A DNA stretch of 64,000 nt from Felis catus. Its lineage: Eukaryota. Position 1 is the stretch's first letter. Every line of letters starts with the position of its first letter. Below the pieces are notes generated by a model. It made no database searches. It was not told the DNA's origin and worked only from the letters and a program-made list of their open reading frames with translations. The DNA lies in contig NC_058368.1 in assembly GCF_018350175.1 (NCBI RefSeq), positions 96,908,001 to 96,972,000 on the forward strand, in the 5' to 3' direction. Made by a program: the position numbers and the translations under genes. This document shows positions 50,407 through 62,460 of this stretch, one piece after another.

Positions 50407-50625
50407 GGGGGCACCTGGGTGGCTCAGTCGGTTAGGTGTCTGACTTCGGCTCAGGTCATGATCTCACAGTTTGTGGGTTCGAGCCCCACATCGGGCTCTG
50501 TGTTGAATGCTCACTCAGGGCCTGGAGCCCGCTTCAGAGTCTGTGTCTCCTCTCTGCCCCTCCTCTGCTCATGCTCTGTCTCATTCTGTCTCTCAAAAAT
50601 AAATAAATGTAAATAAATTTTTTTT
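50407..50625 (+). mobile_element. Can-SINE
   Basis: TSD AAGTGAATGT. Confidence 0.92.
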
Positions 50626-50962
50626 AAGTGAATGTATCATTTTTAAAAAACAGCCTACAGGATTATTTTCCAGCTATGAAATAAAACACATAGCTAGTGA
50701 ACATTCTACAGGATGGCAAGTGGATTACAGTTAAACACTCAAGGTAAGCAAGCACAGAGCAGAATTACACAACACATTCTGTAGGAAGACAAGTATTGAA
50801 GGAAGTAATAGCCCTCTCTTAAAATAAGCTGCCTGATCCCTCCACTGTAGCTCTTCCTAAAAAATAAAATTTCAGACACACGTAGGAGAGAAAATTTCTT
50901 CCAATTCACTCTTGTACCTTCTTAGGAGTGATAGTCATACACACAAAAAAATTATTTTTGGC

Positions 50963-51170
50963 AGAGCATGTGGGTGGCTCAGTCAGTTAAGTGTCCAACT
51001 CTTCTCTTGTTATGATCTCACAGTTTTGTGGGTTCAAGCCCCATGTCAGGCTCTGCACTGACAGCATGGAGCCTACTTGGAATTCTCTCTCTCTCTCTCT
51101 CTCTCCTGCTCTCTCTGCCCCTCTCCCACTCATGCTGTCTCTGTCTCTGTCAAAAATAAATAAATTTAAA
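50963..51170 (+). mobile_element. Can-SINE
   Basis: TSD-like TATTTTTGGCA on both sides. Confidence 0.9.
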
Positions 51171-51233
51171 AACATATTTTTGGCAATTAAAACATATACA
51201 TCAAGTTCTATTATGCATAGGGATAGCAATTCC

Positions 51234-51665
51234 TTTTTTTAATGTTTATTTATTTATTTTGAGAGAGATAGTGTGTGTGTGTGTGAGCAAGGGAGGGGCA
51301 GGGGAAGAAATAGAGAATCTTTTTTTTTTTCTTTTTAGTGTTTATTTATTTTTGAGACAGAGACAAAGCATGAATGGGGGAGGGTCAGAGAGAGAGGGAG
51401 ACACAGAATCAGAAACATGCTCCGGGCTCTGAGCTGTCAGCAGAGAGCCCGACGCGGGGCTCAAACTCACGGACTGTGAGATCATGACCTGAGCCGAAGT
51501 CAGACGCTTAACTGACTGAGCCACCCAGGCACCCCGAAAGAGAATCTTAATCAGGCTCCACACTCAGGATGAAGCCTGACTCAGGGCTCAATCTCATGAC
51601 CTCAAGATTGTGACCTAAGCTGGTACCAAGCGTCGGACACTTAACTGACCAAGCCAGGGGGCACT
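51234..51665 (-). mobile_element. Older Can-SINE hosting a nested SINE
   Basis: Tail at 51234-51320 and head at 51536-51665. Confidence 0.85.
51321..51535 (-). mobile_element. Younger Can-SINE nested in a SINE
   Basis: TSD AGAGAATCTT. Confidence 0.93.
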
Positions 51666-52194
51666 TCAGGTAAGGTAATTCTCGAAGCAATAATTATATT
51701 AAATTCATTTTCTAAAAATGAAAAGCAACAATATTCTTGTTCTTGGTAGTCCTTTACTAATTAATCAAATACTGACTGAGTCTCCAGGACAGGCCTAATA
51801 TCTTTTTAGCTATAGTCAATGCCTAATTATTTATGGTAACTCAATTCCTTTCATCTCAGGGCACTCTCATGTGCCTAAAAGGATGTGTTTGTATCCCTGT
51901 GGCAATGAAAATATTATAGGAGTGGGCAAATGAGAATCGGTTTTTCACCTGGAGATGAAATGCACAAAAACTCCTAAAAGACTTAATAGGCTGTCTCAGG
52001 GTCATGGGGGTGAAATGCCTTCTGGAAGTAAATGCTTCCAGAAGGACCTGGAGATTAGGGTAGGAAGGGGAAGCTCGGAGGTCATGTGGAGATCGGGCAG
52101 GTGCTTACGTGACTCATCTCCACTTGGTCTTCCAAAACAGAGCTGCAAATGTCTCTGAGTTTATACCCGGATTTGAAATGTAGGATGGAGAGTA

Positions 52195-52440
52195 TGGCAT
52201 TGGGAGAGGCAGAGCATTCCAGAACAAAGCTCTGAACACCAACAGCCAGGGTTTAAATTCAGTCTCTACCATTGAGATGCGGTATGACATGGCATCCGAC
52301 TCAGTGTCCTAATCCTTTACATGGACATAATAATAGAACCTACATTAGAGAGCTGTTGTCATTACTAAATGAAATAACCCATGTGGAACAGCAAGGGCGT
52401 AGCATATATAAAATGCTGAACTATGAGCTGTCGGTAATAG
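52195..52440 (+). mobile_element. MIR relic
   Basis: AGGGTTTAAATTCAGTCTCTACCA...GACTCAGTGTCCTAATC...ATAATAGAACCTAC...TAAATGAAATAA. Confidence 0.7.
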
Positions 52441-52444
52441 TGTT

Positions 52445-54390
52445 ACTAGCATTCAACCCATGTTTATAGAGCACCTTCTACTGGCCAGGCTGGCTCTAAG
52501 TGCTAAGGATACAGCAGTGAACAAATACATACATAGTATAGTATTCAGGAAGTGTTGGGTGCTATGAAAAACAAAGTAGTAAGTTCAAGTGATGGAGGGA
52601 GCCAAGGCTAGTGGTAGGAGGAGGGTAGATGAAGTTAGAAAGAACAGGTGCTAAATCATGTGAAGCCTCATGGGCTTATGATAAGCACTTTGGGTGATAA
52701 TCAAGGAATAATTCGATCTGATTAACAACCTTAAAAAAAATTTTGGCTGCAGCTATGCGAGGGGAATAGACCATAAGGGGGAAAGAGTGGAAGCAAAAAG
52801 CTGATCGGTGAGTGTCAAAATCACACAGAAGAGAGGTAACAGTGCGGTAGCTTAGGGTCGATTCACAGTGCACATGGTCAGAGCGATTGGATTCAGGCTA
52901 TCTTCTGGTGTTAGACCTGGCAAGTTTGGTTGGTATACAGAATGTGAAGCAGAACAGGATGGGACCAATCAAGCGTGACTCCAGACAGATGGATGAACGC
53001 TGCTGTCGTATAAGGTGAGGCTGACAGAGAAAGGAAAAAGGATTGGAGGTAGAAATCAAGACTTCTGTTTGAGACGATAATTTTGTGACACTTAGCAGAT
53101 ATCTAAATGGAAATGCGAAGGAGGCCGTTAGACACAAGAGTTTAGAGTTCAATGTAGAGGTAAGGGCCTGAGACATGTATTTTGGAGTCGTGAGCATTTA
53201 GATGACATATAAGTCATGCAGGGAATGAGATCACCAAGGACGTGAGGGGAGAGCTGGAGAGAGAGTGGAAGGCTGAGGGCCATGCTCCAGGGCACTTGAA
53301 CATATGATGTCGGGAAGAGGAGTAGATACTGACGAGGTGTTCTTCCCAGATCTGTGGTTTAACTACAAAGGTGTGATTCCCAGAATGCCTGTCCAAAGGA
53401 AAAAGGCAAACAAATGTATCAAATACATTGCAAAAGGGTGGTAAGACAAGGACTAAGACTGGCCAGTGGTTTTGGCACGCTAGAGATCACTGGGGACCAT
53501 ACAAGAACTGTTCACGTAGAGTCTTGGAAATGAGAACCCGGCTGCAGTAGGAGGCTGACACTAGTGACTAAAGACAATTCTTTCACGGAATTTTGCTCCA
53601 CAAGGAAGAGGAAAAATGAGCAAAGAGCTTTAGAGAGATACGAAGACAGGCAATAACTTTTCAAATAATAGAGATATGACAGCATATTATACACTTATGG
53701 AAATGACCCTGTAGATGGAGGGAAATACTGCTGGGGAGAGAGGAACGCCAGAAGCAGAGGGTAGCTTTGCTAGATAGGTTTATTACCTGGGGTGGGAGCC
53801 CAGGCACCCACTGCTACAGGAAGGACTGTACAGTATACGAGTACAGTCAGGGGCCCTTTAGTAGATTTTGTGATTGGTGGATCAAAAGGGCTCTATTTTG
53901 TTTCCTGTTTTATCACTAAAATAAGAAACAAGGGCATCAGTGGGCATCCGGAATGTGAGAGGAATGTAGGAGGGTTGAAGAAAAGGGAAGATACATATAT
54001 ATTTATATGTCTTCATATATATAATAGGATGCAATATTGAGAGGCCATTCGAGATTTATGGTCATAAATTTTAAATGAGACCAGTCAGCATTTAAGTGTC
54101 CTTTTCCAAGAGGGAGATTTCGCTAGGGTCACAGTTTTGTATAATGCATTGCACCAAGGTTAGGAGAATGAATGTGTTGAGGGTATGAGCAAGAGAGCCA
54201 TTATAATGAGAATTTAGCAATCCAAGCCAAGTAGGGAGGGAAGTGAGGGGACCAGGTTGATGGAGGGGAGATCCTTTGAGGGGAACAGAATTACTAGAGT
54301 AGGTATTTTAGAGAAAGAGGGATGTTAAATTAGGAGATGGCAATCAGGGAGCAGGATGCCTAAAATCACAATTATTTCTAACAACAATGT
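52445..54390 (-). mobile_element. Long L2 relic
   Basis: TTTATAGAGCACCTTCTACTGGCCAGGC...GATACAGCAGTGAACAA...GACATGTATTTTGGAGTCGTGAGCAT...GAGATCACCAAGG. Confidence 0.75.
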
Positions 54391-54468
54391 ATGGTTATTT
54401 TTCAATGGCCTGTGCAGCATTTGTTCCCCTTTTCAAAACAAAAGAAGCCTTATTAAGGGAATCCATCC

Positions 54469-54914
54469 TGTGTGTGGTTGAATTGGGTCCACAAAAGCAG
54501 CTACGGTGAAGTCTCAACACCCCAGTACCTGTAAATATGACTTAATTGGAAAGGGGGTCTTTACAGATATCATCAAACAGGATGAGGTCATTAAGGTAAG
54601 GCCTAATCCAATAAAACCAATGTCCTTGTTAATAGAAGGAAATCTGGACACAGACCCATGGAGAATGACACGGTCACAAAGTCAGAGATCAGAATTATGC
54701 AGCTACAAGCCAAGGAATGCTAAAGACTGTGGGGAGCACCAAAAAGCTAAGAGAAAGACATACAACAAATTCTCCCCTAAACTTTCAAGAGATCATGGTG
54801 CTACCAATACTTTAAGACTTCCATCCTCCAAAACTGTGAAAGAATACATCTATATTATTTTTAAGCCTCCCAGTTTGTGGTACTTTGTTACATCAGCCCA
54901 AGCCAACCAATACA
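54469..54914 (+). mobile_element. MaLR LTR (MLT1C-like), nested in an older MaLR-like LTR (~54390-55330)
   Basis: TG...CA ends; AAAGGGGTCTTTACAGAT, CAAGCCAAGGAATGC and CCCAGTTTGTGGTACTTTGTTACA motifs; TSD CATCC/CATAC. Confidence 0.85.
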
Positions 54915-55394
54915 CATACCCTCCTTATGTTCAGCCAATTTCTTTGGGTAGGATACCATCAACCTCTAATTCAAGGAAATCAGCAACATCCATCTACCTG
55001 GCCACGGGATTGCCTTAAGGGATACACGTGTGACTCCACAAGAGCCAACAAACAGGACTTAAGGAGATATTTTTGGGCTTCTGGATAAGAAAACCTCCTT
55101 CTTCTTTTTCCTGAGTTTCTGACAAAACTCCCTTTTCCTGTTGGAAGTAGAGAAGCATGCTCTAGCCCTTGAAAGGGCAGCCAACTTGAAACCCTACAGG
55201 GGAAACCTCCCTCACACTGGTGTCACGGTCAAGGAAACAAAGCAGAGATATTGAAAAAGGAAACTTCTGCTCTGGATCAAATCAAACTTTACCCATAAGT
55301 TTTCATGACATAAAACAATACATTCTCTTTACGAATACAGTGAGTTGCCTTTTAGAGAAGCAACCAATACCTTTACCTGCTCTCACTGACCTCT

Positions 55395-55902
55395 TAAAAC
55401 ACACCATCAGACCCCTAACCTTTGTTGACCAAGAGGGGCTTCACATTCCCCCCAACTTCCCTGAACTTCAGGCATATTTCTTTCTGACCAAAGATCCTGA
55501 TCTTTCTCAGAGAACTTACTTGAGAAAATTCTCTAATGTCAGTTCTTTGTCTGCTCCATGAGACGTAAATCTTTTTAAAAGCCTCTTGCCAGTTTTATAA
55601 CCCAGGAATGTCTGGAGGACCTGAGAGCCATCCCTTTGAAACATTAAGCCTGGGAAATAGTGTTCCCCTCTGCCAGTCTCTATGAACAGGTAGGAGCTTA
55701 GTCAACACCAATTAGCAAACTCACATGACCTAGTCACGTTGAGGACCTCCCCCCAGGGCATCTTCCAGTAATTGCTGCCTGCTCACCTCAGCACTTAAAA
55801 CACCCCTGTCCTTTGTTTCAGGGGAGTTCAGTTCAACCTCTCAATCCTACTCTTTCAGGCCTGTTCAACTACATCCAGTGCATTTTTCTTTCTTTGGTAT
55901 CA
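55395..55902 (+). mobile_element. Old ERV1-type LTR (MER34-like)
   Basis: CCCAGGAATGTC...GAGCCATCCCTTTGAAA...GGTAGGAGCTTA...GGAGTTCAGTTCAACCTCTC motifs. Boundaries are approximate. Confidence 0.6.
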
Positions 55903-57014
55903 CGAGTTAACCTCTCCTTTATATTGTGCTTTAGAAAACCAGGCGCTACACAAAATAGTCAAAACTTGTACAGTACCATGTTTTGCTGGCGTGCCCTCAG
56001 ATCTGACATTTTCTTGCATGGCACACAGCACCGGTTTGTGTCGATGAGATAAGCTGCCTGAGTCCTTCAACCAGAGAAGGGCCGAGCGTTCCCAGAATGA
56101 GGAACGCTAACAGTACCTTCCCAGCGCACCTTGTGTGGATTGCTTCCTGTTCATTTTATGCTTTAAATCTCCTTCCTCTGGCTTCCTCTCATGCCTTTTC
56201 TCTTAGCCCTGGAGGTTCCTCTCTCCCACGGCCAGGTTTCCCTTCCAAGTCAGACCACCTGAGGTCTTTCCCTTGTTTAGAGGAAGATAATCAGCTACAT
56301 CCTCTCACACAGAGTGGGCAGACTGCTTCAAACAGGAAATGTCTTTGAAATAGCTTGCAAGGCAGCCAGTTTCATTGTTAGGAGAGTATGCCTGGAGGCC
56401 AAACGCTTTGGTCTGTTTCATTCTTGAAGTATTTCTCTGGAGTGGATACCAGGCTCTAGGTATAATTCTCCAATAAAAAAAAAATCCTTTCTTGCTTTTT
56501 GTTTGGGTTGGACAATACCAAACATTTAACCAAGTGAAAACTAGAAATTAGTTTTCCAGTGACCCTGCTAAACCCTACCACGGAGCAAGAATGCTGCACA
56601 TCTCAGAGATAATACCGTTCTTGCTTCCCCAAACCACATCTTCCCACCTCAGTGCCCTGTTTCTATTCAGACTCCCCTTAATTATTCCAAGCCGCCATCC
56701 AGGATTTTTGAACTCCCTTAAAAGAATCATCAAGAAAAAACAATATGAGACAGGCCCTTCTCCTCAGATTTAAGGAGCCTCCTGCTGGGCTTGTGGATGG
56801 AATCAGATGCTTTCTGTACTTCTCCCCTTGGACAAATCCCACAACAACTCAAGAACAGAGGCTTCTGATGCCTCTTGTCTCATTGTCCTCCTGTTGGGAG
56901 AGCTCAGCCATTAATGGGTTTTATGAATGCTAGTGATATGATCAGATTATTGATGAATAAATAAATAGATTTGGCTATACTATGGAGACTGCCCAGGAAG
57001 AGACAGGAGTTATG

Positions 57015-57345
57015 TTATGGTGGTGAATATACTTCACCACGCCACTAGAGACTTGAACTTGACCGCATGACTTGCCTTAGCTAAGAGAAGGTGAATGGAA
57101 ATGCTGTCTGCCACACCAGAGCAGAAGCTTCAAGAACCACTGGGTGTTTTTGTTGCCTCTCTTGCTCCTTTCCTTCTGCCTAGAGGAAGGTAGGTCCCAG
57201 ATAGGGACTGTTCTTTGATCCTGGGGTTGTTTCTCTAGCCTATGCATCAGCAGAATGTGCCACATAAAGACTGTTGAAACCTGTAGAGATTTCGGATCAC
57301 TTATCAACAGCTGCAACAGAACCTAGAAAAATCTAGGGACTCAAA
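57015..57345 (+). mobile_element. Old MaLR LTR fragment
   Basis: CATGACTTGCCTTAGCTAA...GCAGAAGCTTCAAGAACCA...GAGATTTCGGATCACTT. Confidence 0.6.
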
Positions 57346-57472
57346 TCAACTCAGATAAATGAATTCCTCTCCATCAGACCTAGTGTTTCAGATATCAGAT
57401 TGTCAGTGTAATCACTAAATACACTGACACCTGAAGGCTACGACAGATACCAGTACTTAAAGTCTCTTTTCA

Positions 57473-57678
57473 GGGCACCTGGGTGGTTCGGTCAGTTACG
57501 CGTACAACTCTTGGTTTCGGCTCAGGGCATTATCTCACTGTTTCATAAGTTCGAGTCCCGCAGCAGGCTCTGTGCTGACAATGCAAAGCCTGCTTGGAAT
57601 TCTCTCTCTCTTCCTCTCTCTGCCCATCCCCCACTCACTCTTGCACTCTCTCTCTCAAATAAATAAACTTTAAAAAAA
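57473..57678 (+). mobile_element. Can-SINE
   Basis: TSD AAAGTCTCTTTTCA. Confidence 0.92.
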
Positions 57679-58115
57679 GTCTCTTTTCATGATGTTCTAG
57701 AGTTCTGCTGCTTATTGGAAACAAATTATCTCTCTCTTTACTGTATAAAATTGTAATAATACAAACCTAGCTTGTAGTTTGATTAAACTTATCAGTTACC
57801 TGCATACTGCTGTTCTGATTCTATTTCTTATAGGAATGGAGCCACGACATTATTACTACTATAGCTATGGGTGGACGATGTTGCCCAGGGGAGGTAGAAG
57901 CTGAAAGCGTGAGGAAGAGGGCAAAACAGCCATGTTGTGTCACAGCCGTACAACCGTGGCCAAATTTCCTAACTTCTTACAACCTAGTTTCTCAAATAAC
58001 ACTGGAGGGTTCCTGCTTAACATTTATTTGAGAAGAGGCACTCAGGGAGTTGAATGGATTGGACTACATTCCAAGTCCAATCCTAATAAACTAAGACAGT
58101 AAATAGTTTGGAAAC

Positions 58116-59359
58116 TGCCATAGCCTGAATACGGTAAAACTTTGGATTGTGAGTAACTTGTTCTGTGAGTGTTCCACAAGACAAGCTAACATTTCTAATA
58201 AATTTTAACTTGATAAACAAGCAACCTCTTGCAATACGAGCTGTATGGGATGCTGAATGTCACATGATCACAACTGAGCCAATGGTTCTCTCTGTCTCTC
58301 TCTCTCTCTGGATTGTGGGTAATCGTCTCCCATGCTGAGATGCTTTGTCTCAGGACACAGTTTCTGGTAGAAATCAGTGATTTTTCAGAACATTGGACAG
58401 TGCCCACAACTGGCACTAGTGTATTTTTTGTCACTTCAAAGCACCTATGGACAGTCCTTTGTTTTTCCATACAAGAGTAAGATTAGGAATGCTTTGCTTC
58501 ATTCTAGGTCAGGCTGCCTGCAGATATAGACCTTTTCCTCCTCTGCTGCCTTATTGCCAGTTACATTAAATACAGTAGATGATAAGAGTTCATTAAAACT
58601 ATACCGTAGTCAACATCTGTGTGAGCGTATACAATGACCCCCGTACAGAAAAAGGTTCACTGAGCCAACAGATAGCAGCGATTCCATTGGTGATAGTGAA
58701 AGTCATCCTCCACAATAATCCTCCTCTCTCTTGTCTCCCTCATACTAGCCACAAAGGTTTCCAAAGGTAAGTGCAAGTGAGTTTTATTATTTTTCTTTAT
58801 ATTTATATTTTCTTTATTATTTTATATTACAGTATTGCAATCATTTTTATGTAAATATTTTTGGGTTGTAGAATGAATCATTTGAGTTTCCATTATTTCT
58901 TATAGGGAAATTCACTTTGATATACAAGTGCTTTGGATTACAAACATGCTTCTGGAACGAACGATGTTTGCAAACCAAGATTTTACTGTATTTGTGTCCT
59001 CACAATATTTATATGTTGAAACCTACACCCCAGTGTGACCGTATTTGGAGGTGGGATCTTTCGATTAGATCATAAGGGTGGAGCCCTCATGAATAGGATT
59101 AATGCCTTTATTAAAAAACAAACAAACAACAACAACAACAACAAAACAGCAAGCTCCCTCACCCTTTCTGCCATGTGAGGTCAGGGGGAAAAAAAATGGC
59201 CACCTAAGTCACCAAGAAGCCATCTCTCACCAGATAGGCGATTTGCTGGTACCCTTATCTTGGACATCCAGCCTCCAGAACTATGAGAAATAAATTTCTG
59301 TTGTGAAAGCCTCCCAATCTATGGCATTTATGCTACAGCAGCCTAAATGCATGGAGACA
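58116..59359 (+). mobile_element. MaLR LTR (MLT1A/B-like) interrupted by the Tigger element
   Basis: TGCCATAGCCTGAATA|TTTGTGTCC...GTATTTGGAGGTGGG...CCAGCCTCCAGAACTATGAGAAATAAATTTCTGTTG...GAGACA; 5-bp TSD GAAAC/GAAAT. Confidence 0.85.
58132..58988. mobile_element. TcMar-Tigger-type non-autonomous DNA transposon
   Basis: The left terminal inverted repeat (TIR) CGGTAAAACTTTGGATTG matches the reverse complement of the right end, CAGTAAAATCTTGGTTTG, at 14/18. TA dinucleotides flank both sides (58130-58131, 58989-58990). Confidence 0.85.
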
Positions 59360-60126
59360 GAAATAAATCTTAGGTACTCATGGGAAAATGAATCATAGGA
59401 GACCATATATGACTTGTACTCATTCAACAAATACATATTGATAAGGTGCTACGTGCCAGGCGTTCTGCATGCTAGAGACAAAGCTGCTCACAAAGTGAAC
59501 AGAACCCCACTCTTGGGAAGCCCACATTCCTAGATGATGCTATGTATTTCTATGTCTATTCTGTCATGGGGTCCTGAACACAGGCTTTTGTTGTTAGTTG
59601 GTACTGTGACTTTTTTGAAAGTGCATGTAGACTAGCTTTTCTAACGCAATTCTGAGGCTCTCACCCTGCCTAATTTTTCAACAGTATAATAACCATAATT
59701 GGTATCAATACCCATTTAGAATTACATTAGCAGCACTGATTTTACAGTCCCCGAATGCATATAATCAACAAAGGAAAACTGTTTACTAAACATTAGTTAG
59801 TCTGGAGGCAGAGATGATACTTTACCATTCATATAATGACAGACTTTACTTACAGACAATTTGAAAGAAATGTCACTCTCTTTATTCAAATGGTACAATA
59901 GTGCAATTAAAACAAGACATTTGTCTTCCAGTGTGCTTTCTCTATCACTACTAATGCACTGGGTCATTAGCTCCAACACTGTGAATACGTTCTCACTACC
60001 CCATTCAATTTAATTAGTGTACCAGATAATATATAAGAGCATACTTTGTACTGCAGCTAATAGTAGGTAATGGCTCTCCAAAAGAGAGAGCAATTGCTTG
60101 ACTCTTTGATGGTTAAAGAGAAGAAA

Positions 60127-60250
60127 TGTGTGTGTGTGTGTGTGTGTGTACACATACATACATACAGATACAGATATAGATACAGATACAGATATAGATA
60201 TAGATATAGATATAGATATAGATATAGATATAAATATAGATATAGATATA
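60127..60250. repeat. Compound microsatellite (TG)n-(ACAT)n-(AGATAT/AGATAC)n
   Basis: Directly visible; it produces the RY/DI/YL ORF artefacts. Confidence 0.95.
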
Positions 60251-61117
60251 ATGTGTGTATATATAAAAATACATATAAAGTATATACATTTAGATTTATG
60301 GATTTATACATAGATAGATACTTGAATTCACTGAAAGGTGTCACAGTAAAGCTCTTTTATGAAAAGCAAAGGGCATCATCATCTCTCTAGAAATGAAGTG
60401 AATCTTGGACTGGGATAAATCGTCACCACACACAAAGAGCAAATATATCCACATCAAGAGCAAATATGTCAAAAGAGTCTTATCCCTTTTGTGTGCTTGT
60501 TGAATCACAGTACATGACAGAGCATGACATTAGCTGGCCTGGTGATCATTTCATACTTCTCGATAGAATGTTCAAACCCAAATACTTAAGCAATATACTC
60601 TAACATCTTCTCACGGTGTAGGCTGACACTCTGTCAATTTACTCTCAAATAGGAAGTTGAATCAATATTGAAATCATATCCTTAACAGAAAAGGGAAGAT
60701 GTGCTTCTCATAGTGATGGCGCTAAGTCTGTACATTAAGGGATTTAAGTTGACTCCTGCCACGTTCCGTAATTCCTTAGCTCTACCTTCAATTTGCATCT
60801 AGAGGCAGTTACTGTAGAAATCGCCAGGATATGTTAGCAACACAGAACTTTCAGATTCAGTAAACCTCAACTAAGTCCCAGCCATGTGTCAGACAGTGCT
60901 GGGTCCTGGCACTAAGACTCCAGTAAGGCTTCAAGACTTAGAAGGAGAGACAGAAAAGTGGAATTGTGGAAAACTGGGGGAAAGTTTGGCGATCCAAGAA
61001 TTAGGCCTTATGATTAACACAGGGCTTCAAATCTGAATAATTTTCCAGGGCACCATGTGAATGCTAAATCAATGGATAATGGATTACATCAGAAATACGT
61101 AAATTCCTCTTAAAAAT

Positions 61118-61342
61118 GGGGCACCTGGGTGGCTCAGTCGGTTAAGTATCCGACTTCGGCTCAGGTCATGATCTCACAATTCGTGAGTTCGAGCCCCGCA
61201 TCGGGCTATGTGCTGCCAGCTCAGAGCCTGGAGCCTGCTTCAGATTCTGTGTCTCCCACTCTTCCTCTCTGCCCCACCCCTGCTCACGCTCTGCTTCTCT
61301 CTCTCAAAAATAAATAAACATTAAAAAAATATATTTAAAAAA
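61118..61342 (+). mobile_element. Can-SINE
   Basis: GGGGCACCTGGGTGGCTCAGTCGGTTAAG head, B box and tail. Confidence 0.93.
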
Positions 61343-62020
61343 ATAGAAAGGCTCCCAGGTTAGAAATGTATGATTGATTTAAGGTATTAGGAGAGAACAA
61401 AAATCTTGAATAAATGTCTAGGATGAGGTTGTTAATGTTAAATTAATGGTACTATTAAATTAATGTCTCAAGCCTTTTGGGGAGCGATTGATTTTGAGTT
61501 ACCACCACCTACCATCCTAGAACAGGTTTTTAGGCAGCCCTTAATTTGGATGAAGGTATTAACAAAGGTAAAGTCAGAATGCCTGGCTGGGGCAGTTGGG
61601 GGAGGGTAGCTCTGCCCCAAGATAAGAGATGGTAAAAGGTCAGTCAAATGGTTATTGTTTTATATGTCAAGAGACCAGGAGGTCTTAGCACTTGGGCTTC
61701 TGTCTCCTGGTCCAGAATGCAACATGGTTGTTTATTTTGAAAAAGAACTCAAGGAGATAGACTGGCACACTATCAAGGACTGATTTTTACTTCCACCAAA
61801 AGGTGCAGTAAAGAACTTTCACATTCAATAAATCTCTACTACGTACAAACTTACTGAATCAGAACTGGAGCCAATTCCATTTGGCCAGTCATGTGAGGGA
61901 TTATATGTGGAAATCCAAAAGTGTTTCAAACATTTCATTGTTTGGTATTCTGGCCAGTTGTCTGGTGAATCTGCCCCATGGTTCATCTCTGCCTTTGGGC
62001 AGGAAAAATGAATTGGCCCG

Positions 62021-62460
62021 TGAAAGGGCGGACCTACGCCGGCGGACTCCATCTTGTTCTGTGTCCTCCACCTTGAGTGACTATGTCCCAGACATGCCCC
62101 CTTTCCGGGAAAATTGCAGAAACCTCAGACCACGCCTCCTCCCCTTGAGTAACCTCCCGCTCACCCGTTCAAACTTCCCGATCAAAACACACCCAGCGAC
62201 CTGCGTAACAGGACTCCGACCTTCCCCAGCCAATCGGCCGAGGCCACAGCCATTACCTCACCAACTGCCCCTAGACCCCTATAAAACCTTTGTGCTTTTG
62301 AAACTCGGTCTCTCTCCCCGGCATCTCACCTCTGCGTCTCACCTCTGCGTCGGTGCAGGTAGGGGATTGAGCTCGAACTAGCTCGAATAAAGGCTCTTTG
62401 CTTTTGCATCGGACTCGGCTCCCTGGTGGTCTTTGGGCATCACAAATTCTGGACATAACA
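62021..62460 (+). mobile_element. Young solo ERV LTR (class I / gamma-like), 440 bp
   Basis: TGAAAG...ATAACA termini and CpG-rich body; CCAAT at 62230, TATAAAA at 62280, AATAAA at 62386. No primer-binding site after it and no polypurine tract before it. Confidence 0.9.
62230..62286 (+). promoter_or_regulatory. LTR U3 core promoter (CCAAT and TATA boxes)
   Basis: CCAAT 62230-62234 and TATAAAA 62280-62286 in canonical retroviral spacing. Confidence 0.75.

Noticed and set aside
54506..55018. 170-aa ORF
   Set aside because: Lies in MaLR LTR sequence, starts at GTG and resembles no protein I recognise.
60057..60390. RY-, DI- and YL-repeat ORFs
   Set aside because: Translations of the (AGATAT)n/(TG)n microsatellite.
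3550..61342. Recurrent short ORFs such as MAQSVKRPTSAQVMIS... and tRNA-like A/B boxes
   Set aside because: All are Can-SINE translations or SINE internal Pol III boxes, not genes or tRNAs.
61881..62381. 166-aa proline-rich ORF
   Set aside because: Chance frame through the GC-rich LTR; no gag/pol/env motifs.
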